From Pocillopora damicornis (taxonomy: Eukaryota), in contig NW_020844944.1 of the NCBI RefSeq assembly GCF_003704095.1, forward strand, positions 744,001-808,000: DNA of 64,000 nucleotides, written 5' to 3'. The position numbers and the translations under genes are program-made. Under the pieces are notes generated by a model, which saw only the letters and a list, made by a program, of their open reading frames with translations, was not told the DNA's origin and did not search any database. Every line of letters starts with the position of its first letter. The stretch's first letter is position 1. Of the stretch, positions 63,999-64,000 are shown piece after piece.

Positions 63999-64000
63999 GT

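Noticed and set aside
38213-64000. Assigning the cluster to IL-17, Spaetzle or true noggin with a gene symbol
   Set aside because: The N-terminal FN-x-RY-x-A motif and C-x7-DLG...PRY spacing favour the Trunk/noggin-like group, but noggin's conserved Trp residues and BMP-binding N-terminal clip are not evident; orthology needs a phylogeny

Overview
AT-rich, intron-containing animal genomic DNA with three N-gaps. The repeat families and gene content suggest a cnidarian, probably a stony coral (inference). The left half is ordinary: the 3' end of a class-A GPCR, a many-exon DNA polymerase nu (POLN, - strand) head-to-head with a SAXO/FAM154 ciliary gene (+), then TCERG1 (-) and the last exon of a Rab GTPase (-). 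The right half (38.2-64 kb) is the main finding: a tandem array of at least seven highly diverged paralogues encoding secreted Trunk/PTTH/noggin-like cystine-knot proteins. They share an N-terminal G-x-[FYLS]-N-x-x-[YF]-x-A-x-T motif (six complete copies), a P-x-[YF]-[ILV]-N-E-x-x-C motif and a terminal C-C-x-C motif (variant in two copies). They have compact gene structures, co-varying cysteine pairs and different basic/convertase-type linkers. Introns and spacers carry many MITEs (piggyBac-, Tc1/pogo- and Harbinger-like, some nested), a tRNA-derived repeat, minimal hammerhead-ribozyme-like Penelope-type repeats, and a perfect 60-bp-arm hairpin in the last TCERG1 intron. All exon boundaries were read by eye and are approximate unless stated.
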